Assembly (NCBI RefSeq): GCF_009914755.1
Contig: NC_060929.1
Source of the DNA: the human T2T-CHM13v2.0 reference genome, Homo sapiens
Direction: 5' to 3' (one strand)
DNA: 64,000 bases
The position numbers and the translations under genes were made by a program. This document shows positions 1-12,039 of the stretch, one piece after another; positions within the stretch are counted from its first letter, which is position 1; each line of letters begins with the position of its first letter. Below the pieces are notes generated by a model, which had not been told where the DNA came from, made no database searches, and saw nothing but the letters and a program-made list of their open reading frames with translations.

Positions 1-88
1 GATGGTCCAGCTTAGTTCCAGGATATAGTTTAGAATGCCCGGCATAAACTTTGATTTTCAGAAGAATGACACGATTCTTTACAAATAA

Positions 89-467
<379 letters not shown>

Positions 468-629
468 TGAGCTGTGGTTTTTAAATTTTCTTACTTTTAA
501 TATATTTCTTGAGGTATAATTTATATACCATTCAATAATCCATTGAAAATGTACATTTCAATTTTTTTTTTTTTAGGTATTTGTACAGTTGTCCCATTTT
601 CACTACAATCTAGGGAAAACTGCATTTTT

Positions 630-1454
630 AAAATTTTTACTTTAGGTTCAGGGGTATATGTGCAGGTTTGTTATATAGGTAAACTGCGTGTCATGAGGGT
701 TTGGTGTATAGATTATTTTGTCACCCAGGTTATAAGCATAGTAACCCGATAGGTAGTTTTTGATCCTCTTCCTCCTCTCACCATCCACCCTCAAGTAGGC
801 CCTGGGATCTGTTGTTCCTCTTGTGTCCATGTGTTCTGATAGTCTAGCTACCACTTATAAGTGAGAACATGCGGTATTTGGTTTTCTGTTCCTGTATTAG
901 TTCACTTAGGATAATGCCCTCCAGCTCCATCTATGTTGCTGCAGTGGTCAAGGCGTCGTTCTTGTTGATGGCTGTATAGTATTCCATGGTGTATATGTAC
1001 CACATTTTCTTTATCCAATCTACCGTTGATGGGCATTTAGGTTGATTCCATGTATTTGCTATTGTGAGTAGTGCTGCAATGAACATATCTGTGCATGTGT
1101 CTTTATAGTAGAATGATTTTTTTAATTTTATTATTGTTTTCTGGCCCTAATATCTGTGGGGAGCAGAAAAACTTATATTCCTTTGGGCACACATCCAGTA
1201 ATGAGATTGCTGGGTAGAATGGTAATTCTGTTTTAAGCTTTTTTGAGGAATTGCCACACTGCTTTTGACAATGGCTTAAACTAAATTACAATCCCATCAA
1301 CAGTGTGTAAGCATTCCCTTTTCTCTGCAACCTTGCCAGCATCTGTTACTTTTTGACTCTTTAATAGTAGTCATTCTGACTGGTGTGAGATAGTAACTCG
1401 TGGTTTTGATTTGTATTTCTCAAATGATTAGTGATGTTGGACATTTTTTCATAT
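630..1454 (-). mobile_element. 5'-truncated old primate L1 3' end (L1PA13-16-like)
   Basis: GGGGTATATGTGCAGGTTTGTTATATAGGTAAAC...GTGAGAACATGCGGTATTTGG; 15-bp TSD GAAAACTGCATTTTT at 615-629 and 1455-1469. Confidence 0.9.
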
Positions 1455-2577
1455 GAAAACTGCATTTTTTTTTGAAAGCTGCATTTTTAACAGGAGGCTT
1501 TCAGTAGCATGAGCTGGGCTGTCAAGTTGAGAAACCTGGCTAGAAGGGATCAGGTGGATTACATGAGTCTCATCCATTTTGGTTTGAGCTTTAGCATTGG
1601 TAAATAGGTCTTTGGAAGTAGAAAGTTCACTCTTGTTTTATAAAACCTCGGCAATGATATATTTAACATTGTTGCTTTTAGTATCCTCAGGTGATAGTAA
1701 GAGTCAATCATGCATGAACATTTACTTTGGCTGAGGTACAGATTTGAACCTTGCTCTCTGGGTCACTGGCTATAAAACTGAGTCCTTCAGCTAGTTGGTG
1801 AGTCTTGGCAATTCTCCAGCATCCATATCTCAAAACAGGTTTATTGTGTTTTACTTATAGGCACAATAGCTAGTTGTCTTAGAACGGAGGAATTATGCTC
1901 CCAACAAAGCTCTGATTATCATTACTGAAAATGGAGGACCTCATTTCAGTACTGAAAATAGATGTCTTTTATTTATAGGCAGAAAATAGAAATTTTGGAT
2001 GCATTTAAAAAGTGTGCATGTTAGGGAGAGGGTGTGTGTGTGTAATAAAATGTTAAGGAATCTGCATTAGCAATACAAGGATTCAGGAAATATGAGGCAT
2101 TAGAAACGACAAGGGATACTTACAAGGTTCTTCTTCAGCATTTCCCAAAATATGTAAATCAGCATGTTCCTAGATACAATGTAACGAATGGGTATTGTGG
2201 TTAAATAACTCACAGACCCTGAAAGGGTCATCCACCTTGTTTCTGCAGGATGTTTCAGGGCCATTGTATGTTACGAATCTCTACTGGGGTCATGGATTTT
2301 ATAATGAAATTTACATTTTTCTGTAGAATGTATTTGCAGGAGTCTGGGTCTATTATGATTTTTCAGTTTCAATATCCAATTTATCTTACTTTAATTGTAT
2401 AATATTGAGTAAGTTAAAACTCAGAAAGATAAGTAGTTGCAAATGGTGACAGTGTTTAGAAACAGATTGTTTTGCTATGTCAAGATACTTACCAAACTCA
2501 GCAAAGAGGAGCAGTGGGACATTTTTGTTTCAATTGTCTATTTTTTGATTGCTGCTGGATATGACCTATATGCTTTT

Positions 2578-2864
2578 AATTTTATTATTTTATTTTATTT
2601 TTGAGACAGAATTTTGCTCTGTTGCTCAGGCTGGAGTGCAGTGGCTCAATCTCAGCTCACTGTAACCTCTGCCTCCCAGCCTCAAGCCTCAGCCTCCCGA
2701 GTAGCTGGGTCTACAGGTGCGCACCACCACACCAGGCTAATTTTTTGTAGAGGTGGGGTTTCCCCATGTTGCTCAGGCTGGTTACAAACTCCTGAGCTCA
2801 AGTGATCCTCCTGTCTCAGCCTTCCAAAGTGCTGGGATTATAGCATGAGCCACCGTGCCCAGCC
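2578..2864 (-). mobile_element. Alu (AluJ-like) with small internal deletions
   Basis: Alu dimer; CTATATGCTTTT repeated at 2566-2577 and 2870-2881 (TSD). Confidence 0.93.
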
Positions 2865-2885
2865 TGGAGCTATATGCTTTTCAAC

Positions 2886-3214
2886 CAGTGCTACCCAAAG
2901 TATGATCTGTGGACCAGCACTGTTTGTTATGGTCTAGGTTAAGAAAAGAACAGAAATCGAGAATTAGTATTTAGAAACTTTTAAAGTTACTTGTCAGTGC
3001 TGTGACATCCAAGCAAGTGATCAGTGGACTCTTCTTGTTCATCAGCGTCTGGTCAGGTTGGGTGATGTCAATCCACATGGTGGGTTACACGTAGTTCAGC
3101 CACTTACTGTTATCATCTGCAATAGAACAGAAGTTAATAAACAAACAAAAGCAGACATTTTTTAATTTTTTCTCTTTTTTTTTTTTGTAACCGCAGATCA
3201 TTTAAGAAACACTG
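2886..3214. mobile_element. hAT-Charlie MER5-family (MER5C-like) DNA transposon fossil
   Basis: Starts CAGTGCTACCCAAAGTATGATCTGTGGACCAG and ends AAGAAACACTG, consistent with MER5-type terminal inverted repeats. Confidence 0.6.
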
Positions 3215-3256
3215 CATTGAAGGACAATTAAGCTGTTGGTTATGTGTAATTACATA

Positions 3257-3322
3257 CTCTCTCTCTCTCTCTATATATATATATACATACATATATATGT
3301 ATATTAAGGCAACATATATATG

Positions 3323-3377
<55 letters not shown>
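3257..3377. repeat. Compound microsatellite (CT)n(AT)n...(AT)n(AG)n
   Basis: Read directly from the sequence; forms a quasi-palindrome. Confidence 0.95.
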
Positions 3378-3378
<1 letters not shown>

Positions 3379-4081
3379 TGTTGTTTAAAGGAAGGGATCA
3401 GGTTGTTGCCATACCTATGACATTGTAAACTATTACACCTCTGAAAAGTCTTCTATACAACTGTTTGAAACTTGTTGATTTTCTAGAATCTTCCACCAGA
3501 CAAAACCTAATTTTCTATTCTAGAGAGGGACAGCTTCTTTTTTGCTGGGGATATTCTTCTTCTAGGATATCAGAGACACCATTGAGATTGGTCTACCTGC
3601 ATTCAATTAGCTATTCACCCTCTCACCATGATTTAATATGGTCCATTGGCATTTTCTTGATTTAGAAATTCTGTGAAAATAGAGCTCAATACCCTTGCCT
3701 GCATAGAAATTCTGGAGCAGCTATGACGTACAGATTTTAGATTTTAGTGATTTTCTTTTTCTGTCTCTTTCTGGCTAACACTTTCAGAACTAGCACTGTA
3801 ATGATTCCTAGTAAGAGCTCAGTACATGTTAAAAATTACTAAAATTATTCTCTGGTTCCTGTATGTGAAGAAAGACAATACAAACATTTTTATAAGGAGA
3901 ATGGTGAAACTGACTCCTTATCTGGTTATTTCAGAGGACCATCATAGATGATAATCACTTAGGAATTATTTGGTGGCTCAGATCTGATTATTAAAAATAT
4001 TATACCTGAATGCTTGTGTGTTTTGCCTTATGCACTGATGCATTTTTGAATTTTAAGGAAACTAGAGCCTTTTACCTTCTT

Positions 4082-5670
4082 CTTTTTTTCTTTTTTTAAA
4101 TTTTTATTTAATTTTTTTTTTTTTTTTAGTATTTGTTGATCATTCTTGGGTGTTTCTCGGAGAGGGGGATTTGGCAGGGTCATAGGACAATAGTGGAGGG
4201 AAGGTCAGCAGATAAACATGTGAACAAGGGTCTCTGGTTTTCCTAGACAGAGGACCCTGAGGCCTTCCGCAGTGTTTGTGTCCCTGGGTACTTGAGATTA
4301 GGGAGTGGTGATGACTGTTAACGAGCATGCTGCCTTCAAGCATCTGTTTAACAAAGCACATCTTGCACCGCCCTTAATCCATTTAACCCTGAATGGACAC
4401 AGCACATGTTTCAGAGAGCACGGGGTTGGGGGTAAGGTTATAGATTAACAGCATCCCAAGGCAGAAGAATTTTTCTTAGTACAGAACAAAATGGAGTCTC
4501 CCATGTCTACTTCTTTCTACACAGACACAGCAACAATCTGATCTCTCTTTCTTTTCCCCACATTTCCCCCTTTTCTATTCGACAAAACCGCCATCGTCAT
4601 CATGGCCTGTTCTCAATGAGCTGTTGGGTACACCTCCCAGACGGGGTGGCGGCCGGGCAGAGGGGCTCCTCACTTCCCAGATGGGGCAGCCGGGCAGAGG
4701 CGCCCCCCACCTCCCAGACGGGGCGGCCGGCCGGGCGGGGGCTGACCCCCCACCTCCCTCCCGGATGGGGCGGCTGCCGGGCGGAGGGGCTCCTCACTTC
4801 TCAGACGGGGCGGCTGCCGGGCGGAGGGGCTCCTCACTTCTCAGACGGGGCGGCTGCCAGGCAGAGGGGCTCCTCACTTCCCAGACGGGGCGGCTGCCGG
4901 GCGGAGGGGCTCCTCACTTCTCAGACGGGGCGGCCGGGCAGAGGCACTCCTCACCTCCCAGATGGGGTGGCAGTCGGGCAGAGACACTCCTCAGTTCCCA
5001 GATGGGGTCGCGGCCGGACAGAGGCGCTCCTCACATCCCAGACGGGGCGGTGGGGCAGAGGCGCTCCCCACATCTCAGACGATGGGTGGCCGGGCAGAGA
5101 CACTCCTCACTTCCTAGACGGGATGGCGGCCGGGAAGAGGCGCCCCTCACTTCCCAGACCGGGCGGCCGGTCAGAGGGGCTCCTCACATCCCAGATGATG
5201 GGCGGCCAGGCAGAGACGCTCCTCACTTCCCAGACGGGGTGGCGGCCGGGCAGAGGCTGCAATCTTGGCATTTTGGGAGGCCAAGGCAGGCGGCTGGGAA
5301 GTGGAGGTTGTAGCGAGCCGAGATCACACCACTGCACTCCAGCCTGGGCAACATTGAGCACTGAGTGAGCGACACTCCGTCTGCAATCCCGGCACCTCGG
5401 GAGGCCGAGGCAGGCAGATCACTGGCAGTCAGGAGCTGGAGACCAGCCCGGCCAACACGGTGAAACCCCGTCTCCACCAAAAAATGCAAAAACCAGTCAG
5501 GTGTGGCGGCGTGCGCCTGCAATCCCAGGCACTCTGCAGGCTGAGGCAGGAGAATCAGGCAGGGAGGTTGCAGTGAGCCGAGATGGCGGCAGTACAGTCC
5601 AGCCTCGGCTTTCACAACTTTGGTGGCATCAGAGGGAGACCAGGGAGAGGGAGAGGGAGACGAGGGAGAG
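4082..5670 (-). mobile_element. Near full-length SVA retrotransposon (older, SVA_B/C-like)
   Basis: Poly(A) tail 4082-4128, SINE-R about 4129-4615, GC-rich VNTR about 4630-5260, Alu-like region about 5260-5630, short (CCCTCT)n head 5631-5670; 15-bp TSD GCCTTTTACCTTCTT at 4067-4081 and 5671-5685. Confidence 0.97.
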
Positions 5671-6157
5671 GCCTTTTACCTTCTTAATTTTCCTTTTACT
5701 CAGAAGCATCCTTTTTCTAACCATTTGTGTGACTGATAAACCTTATGCCTTGTATTTTAATTTTACTTTATTTCTTAATGATATAGCTTGATCTTTCCAT
5801 GTACATACAACATAAGTCCATCTCATTCTTAGATGGCAATTGAGTTTTCTGTTGAATGGATGTACAGTTATGAGTTCTGTCACCCTTGCATTGGTGGACA
5901 CTTAGGTTTACTGGCTGACCTAATCATGACTATATAACTAGTCAAGTTGTAGAATATTAATGTAGATAAAACGTTTTACATTCATGCAAATTGCCGTGTG
6001 CTAAAGGGACTAAAGTAAACCAGAGTGGCCCTAAAGGAAAAAAAAGGCAGCAATTTCAAAGGCGTTTGAACAACACTAAAATAAAATTAATTAACTTCCC
6101 TTTAAACAACTTCTTTTAAGTTTTCATGGCAATTTGTGCTTGTGAAAAATTCTTGGC

Positions 6158-6208
6158 ATGTCTTCTACAGGGAAGACACTCACTCTCTGTAAACCCTAAA
6201 GATAGGAG
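6158..6208 (+). repeat. 51-bp direct repeat, copy 1
   Basis: 47 of 51 bases identical to 6633-6683. Confidence 0.95.
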
Positions 6209-6632
6209 GAAAAAGAGGTAACTCCAAGTAGAAAGGGAAGGCTCTGTTAACACTGGACAGGGCAGAAAAATGTTTTAGTTGCATGATTTTCTGCTAAAAG
6301 GCCCCTTGAAGCAATCTGAAACTCTGCAATGTTAATTTCATAGTAAAATTTTTCTCACAGAATATTAAAACATAGTCTGGATATGAGACAGCCTCTAGTT
6401 GGTTTCCAGTCACATTGCAGGTGGTCAAATATTTGTGGAATGAATGTGGCTGTGAGGTGAATGGCTGTAGCTGAGGACTCATGGTGAGTTCACCACTGCT
6501 TGGACCATCAGCTCCAAAGAATGATCAACAGCACGCTGAGTCTTCCTGAAAGGCTGAAAAGTCACCCCGAAATTCAGATAAATTTCAAGATCTGGAGTTG
6601 GGAAACAGAAAAAGTTCTTCAACCAGGCTTCA

Positions 6633-6683
6633 ATGTCTTCTACAGGGAAGACACTTACTCTTTGCAAACTCTAAAGATAGGAG
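6633..6683 (+). repeat. 51-bp direct repeat, copy 2
   Basis: 47 of 51 bases identical to 6158-6208. Confidence 0.95.
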
Positions 6684-6860
6684 AGTTTTACCAGCCTGGC
6701 AGCAGTTGGGAGAGGTTCCTACTGTGGAAAAGCCTTTCTATGAAGCACACATAGATGCAACATAAGACTCTTAAAAAGTTGAAGGATGATTATTAAAAGC
6801 AAATGATACTCTTATAAATCACGTCAATCCCCTATAGAGATAATTTAAAAGGTTGCCATG

Positions 6861-7160
6861 TTACTTATTTATCTATTGAGACAAGGTCTTACTGTATCAC
6901 CCAGGCTAGAGTGCGATGGTTTGATCACGGCTTACTGCAGCCTCAATCCCCCCAGGCTCAAGCGATCCTCCCACCTCAGCCTCCCAAGTAGCTGGAACCA
7001 CAGGCAGGCACTACCGTACCCAGCTAATTTTTAATTTTTTTGTAGAGGTGGGATCTCACTATGTTGTCCAGGCTGGTCTTGAACTCCTAGGCTCAATCGA
7101 TCCTCCTGCTTTGGCCTCCCAAAGTACTGAGATTACAGGTGTGAGGCACCATGCCCAGCT
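6861..7160 (-). mobile_element. AluJ
   Basis: J-type diagnostics GCAGCCTCAA...GGCTCAAGCGATCCTCCCACCTCAGCC and CTCACTATGTTG. Confidence 0.93.
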
Positions 7161-7399
7161 GCCATATGTTTTTAATTGGAGATATTACTTTTAAAGAAAT
7201 CTGTGGCCATAGATTAGGGCTTCAAAGTTAGACATACACAGAGAAGAAAGCCACAGACCCATAAACTCCCCCCAAAATTTGACTCTACCTCCTTCAAATT
7301 GATGTGGAAAGCTATGATTTGGTGTTGTGTGACAGAAGATGATTTCCTGGAAACTGAAATTATAGCCTTGGGAATAAAGTAGCGTGATGCAATGGACCA

Positions 7400-7590
7400 A
7401 GCATTAGAAGATCTGGGGTCTGGTTCTTGTTTTTGTTCTTTAAAGACTTTTGTATTAGGAAACTTATCCTGACTAGGCTTAATCATCAGAAAGTTTGGAA
7501 TAAAAATACCAGTCCCACTTGTTTTATAAGGTTGTTGCAAGGATGAAGTGAAACAAGTGAATATGAAAACATTTTATAAACTGCTGTTAT
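7400..7590 (+). mobile_element. MIR fragment
   Basis: GGTTGTTGCAAGGATGAAGTGAAACAAGTGAATATGAAAACATTTTATAAACTG resembles a MIR 3' half. Confidence 0.55.
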
Positions 7591-7624
7591 ACAACTATAA
7601 AGTCTCATTACTTGCTGAGGATTA

Positions 7625-7688
7625 CAATGTTCTCAAACTTTACTGTGTGGATAAGAATCATTTGTGGTGCTTGCTAAGAATGCAGTTT
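7625..7688. mobile_element. MER5A/B left part
   Basis: GTTCTCAAACTTTA...AGAATCATTTGTGGTGCTTGCTAAGAATGCAG. Confidence 0.7.
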
Positions 7689-8484
7689 GGAGAACTTCTA
7701 TTTCCAGCAATCCATGAGGCAACGCAGCCAGAAAAACTCCCCCACTACACAACTCCTAGAAATGCTGGACAAAGTATAGCCAACATCATTATAAATACGT
7801 AACTGAGTTTGTGATCAAGAAAGGAAAATTCCTGGGGTCAGAAACAGAACTTGTGATCAAGAAAGGAAAATTCCTAGGGTCAGAGACTGGAAGTGGAGCA
7901 GCAACTTGAAGGCATAATTAGATGCTAAAACCACATTACCCTGAGGGGCAATAACCTAGATTCCTGCATCTCAGGATAGAGGGGGACAGAAGAGAAAGTC
8001 TAACTCACTCACAGTGGAGAATGGGAAGTGTGACCTCCCATTCCCCACTGGGAGTGCTCTTTTTCCTCATGAAGAAGGGCAAGCTAAAAGAAAAATCTAC
8101 CACTGGCAAAAAGAAGTGACAAGGAGATAACTCTCTTGGCCTGAGTTCCAAGCAGGGGTGGGAATGCACTCTTCCCTCTGGATTATTCCATAGGCTTGCC
8201 CTTCTGAACCTTCACACCACTTGCCCGATCCACAAAAACCTAAACTCTGAAACTAACTCTGAATTCCTGGGTTGCTGGAATCAAGGCAAGGAGGGCAGAA
8301 ACCAGAGCACTTTTTCCTTGCAGGGATGCTGCCTCTCTGCCCAGGTGTCTCTGGGTTCCAGGTATCGAGCCCAATTTAATATTAGTTCCAGTTCCCAAAC
8401 CCATAAGATCCAACAGAAATATAGATTCTCAAGGACTTCAGCCATTGGATCTAAGATACAGACTGTCAGCATGTTTAAAATATT
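7689..8484 (+). mobile_element. Old L1M/HAL1-like 5' fragment inserted into MER5
   Basis: Begins GGAGAACTTCTATTTCCAGC, contains CCTAGAAATGCTGGACAAA, and ends in an ORF1-start-like stretch; splits MER5 with an approximately 14-bp overlap. Confidence 0.55.
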
Positions 8485-8625
8485 TAGAAAGTACAGATTC
8501 CTACGTCCCACCTTAGTCTTAATAAATCAATAGCTGGGGTAGCCCCAGGAATCTGCAATGAGAATAAGCATCCCAAAGGAGTAAGATGCAGAGAGCTCTC
8601 AGAGGACCCACTGGAGAATATAGCT
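8485..8625. mobile_element. MER5A/B right part
   Basis: CAGATTCCT..CCCACC...GGGGTAGCCCCAGGAATCTGCA...AAGCATCCCA continues the 7625-7688 piece. Confidence 0.7.
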
Positions 8626-10189
8626 TTGCCAGTTTCCCAAGATGTATTCAATCATCTACTTGAAATACTAAAATTATTCAGAATTGGTTCCACCTCTCCA
8701 TCAGTGGGTTAAACAGATACCTATTGATGACAAATTTCCTTTTCTCCCTTAAGGCTATTGAGACTTTAACGGTTTTCTCAACTGAGTTGAAAATTGGGAA
8801 GCCTGAATTTTTCTTTACAGGACTGAAAAACAAGCATGCAGAACAAAACAAAAACAACCCCCTCACACCACCACCAGAAAACAATGATAACTGAACCAAC
8901 ACGGAGAATAAATTGAAGTAGCATCCTTTCCCTGCCTTCTGCCATCTGCTTCCCTGGCCTCCCTTGTGCATTGCTGCTGAATCTGGCTAGACTGGAGATT
9001 CCCCCTCGTCTTGTTATGACTTATGGAGGTTAAAATGGTGCATAATGGACCATTGAGGCAGATGGTAGCTTTCTTTACTGTTTATGTTCTTTCCATATTG
9101 AATGCTTGTAGTTGCTCCAGATGCATTTTGCCCCTCAGAGGAGGGGCGGGGAAGGGCTCGAGGAAGGGTTAGATGAAGGTCTCAAGAGAACAGCCACTAG
9201 GAAGTTTTAGTCCTGGTTCTCCATCTTCTCGTTCTCTGTTGCCTTTTTATCTATTGAACTCAACATGAGAGGGGTATGCTTTTGAAAGGTCTACGCAGGG
9301 AAGAGTTGTTTTTCCTATCTTTGAGCTGTTCAGCCATCTGTCCCAATTTCTTCCTGGTTTCCTGTTATTTTCATTCTGCCTTTTATAAAGATTAACATGC
9401 AGTGCAACCACATATTCTATTAAGCTTGTCTCTTCTCTACTTTATCTCGTTAACTGCTTGATCACTGTGAATAAAAATAATCTTCCATTAAGTCACAACT
9501 TCAAATGTCTCTGAGACTTTAGATCAAGCAAACCTTCAACAGCTTAAAAAAAATTGCTTTAAATCCAAGAGGTTCACTTCAAAGGAAAACCTATGGGTGT
9601 TCTCAGCCCAACTGACAGGTAAATAGTCATTTGTAACTAAAGATATGCAAGTGAGAAAACACGACTTACTCTGGAGTTTGTAGTTTCTGTTAACTTCTCC
9701 AGTTGGGGCAAGTTAGAGCTGACCGTAGGGTGGGGTTGGCTTGATCACACAATGGCCTATACATGGAGTTGGGGCAGTATCAGGAGGCAAATCTGCAGTT
9801 TTCTGTTCTAGTCACAATTTACTTTTCTATTTACAAAGTTAATTTAAAAAATAAAACAGGAAAAAGGGGAGGAGGTGTGCAGAATATCACCCCGACCACA
9901 GATAGCCACTGTTAACATTTTGTTAATAGTCCTTAAGTTCTTAAATTTGTGTGTGTGTGTAAAACACATACGCATACATTTATAAAAGTAGCATACAGTT
10001 AATATGCTTTTGTAGTCATCTTTATACTTTCTTTGTCAACATATACAGGTGGTCAAAGGATAAAATAGCTTTTGCGTGTGTTGACCCTTTTACCTAGGCT
10101 GCCCTTCTTTTACTCTTAAGAGACTTTTCTGATCTCCCTGATTTGTCTGTTTCCCATTGGAAGCTCTCATTGCTGAGTGGATTTCTCCT

Positions 10190-10352
10190 GGGCACTAATA
10201 ACAATTGTAACTTTTTATTTCTGTGTGATTTTTGATTGTCTCTCTCTAGAGACTATGCTGTGAACTACATATAGATAGGGACTAAGTATTCCCAAGGCCT
10301 AGCACAGTGCCCGACACACAGTAGGTTAAACTTTGGTTTGGACGAATGAATG
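10190..10352 (+). mobile_element. L2 3' end
   Basis: CCTAGCACAGTGCCCGACACACAGTAGG...GAATGAATGA terminus. Confidence 0.7.
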
Positions 10353-10369
10353 ATAAGTTTTCAGATCTA

Positions 10370-10900
10370 CAAGTTATTCCATTGCATGCATAAAAGATTG
10401 CTTGTCCCACTATAGTTTAATTTGAGGATTCTTATTGGCTATTATAAATGGGATACTAAGAAACTTTATATAAAACAGCCTTGCCTACATCCTTAGTTAT
10501 TTAGAAAAATTTCTAGGAGTTGGATTCATAGACTAGAGGGTAGAGCACACTTTAATGCTTTAGATATGTATTGCTAAGTTGTCTTCCACAAAGGTACTAA
10601 TTATTAGTAGTCTCTAGTAGTAGTTCAGAGTGCATGTTTCCCTGCATCATTGCCAAAATGGTCATACTTCAAAAAATTTTTTCTGCCAATTCATGTGTTT
10701 TTCTTTCTGCAGATTGGCTATTCCTAATTGTTATTTATTTATTTTTACCTGGACATCTGTCTTTTTGTATTTATAACAAATCTGCAAATCAAGATTTTTG
10801 GTCATGTAAGACATATATTTCTAGTCTGTTCACTGACTTAAAATCTTTTTTATGTATTAATTGATATATGGGTGCGTGTTTGTACAGATGCAAAACCCTC
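10370..10900 (-). mobile_element. Degraded L1M (L1ME-like) fragment
   Basis: TTTAGATATGTATTGCTAAGTTGTCTTCCACAAAGG...CATGTTTCCCTGCATCATTGCCAA. Confidence 0.5.
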
Positions 10901-11238
10901 CATCTCTTTTCTTTATTGTTTTTTGTCTTTTATACTTATACAGCTTTTTCCACAGTAAGGTTACAGAAATAATAGCTCAGAAAAAAATCTAAGGCTGTAT
11001 ATGTGAGTATACAGGTAGAAAAGACTGGATTAATCTCTAAATGATGCTGGTGAATTGATCAGTTTTACAGAGGGGAAAAAGTTATTCTCATCTAACACCT
11101 TATATCACAATATGTTTCAGATGGATTTCAAACAAATTTTGAAAAGTGTAAAAGAATGGAAAGAAAATCTTGGTGAATATATGGTTTCACTTATCTTTCT
11201 TTACTGAATTTTCAAATTTTGGAGTCTAAGAATTACTT

Positions 11239-11546
11239 ATTTTTTTTTTTATTTTAGAGGCAAGATCTTGCTTTGTCACCCAGGCTGGAGGGCAGTAGCA
11301 CTATCGTAGCTTACTGCATTCTGGAACTCCTAGGCTCAGTTGAGCCTCCTGCCTCACTCTCCTGAGTAGCTAGGACTACAGGCCTTCCCCATTGCACCTG
11401 GCTAATTTTTTTTTTAATTTAATTTTTGCAGACATAGCAGTCTCCTTATGTTGCCCAGGCTGATCTTGAACTCCTGGTCTCAAGAGATTATCCAGGCTTA
11501 GCCACTGTAGTGGTTGGGATTATAGGTGAGAGCCACTGTGTCTGGC
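11239..11546 (-). mobile_element. AluJ
   Basis: Diverged Alu dimer; TSD AAGAA(T/C)TACTT at 11228-11238 and 11547-11557. Confidence 0.92.
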
Positions 11547-11559
11547 AAGAACTACTTTA

Positions 11560-11895
<336 letters not shown>

Positions 11896-12039
11896 TTAGA
11901 AATTTTGATCAGAAATTTCCCAAGTAGTTCCATGTTGAGAGGGAGATTTTAACTCCAGATCTCTGAATTTCAGGTATCTTTTCCTGAACCCCATAATGAT
12001 GCTTTGCCTACTTAAATTAAGCCAGGGCAAGTAAGTAGT

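Noticed and set aside
4600-5791. Long overlapping ORFs (250, 229 and 130 aa)
   Set aside because: They are translations of the GC-rich SVA VNTR and Alu-like region; stop-poor by composition and repetitive in peptide
6158-6683. Hairpin direct repeats as a CRISPR-like array
   Set aside because: Only two copies, a 424-bp spacer, primate DNA and no associated genes
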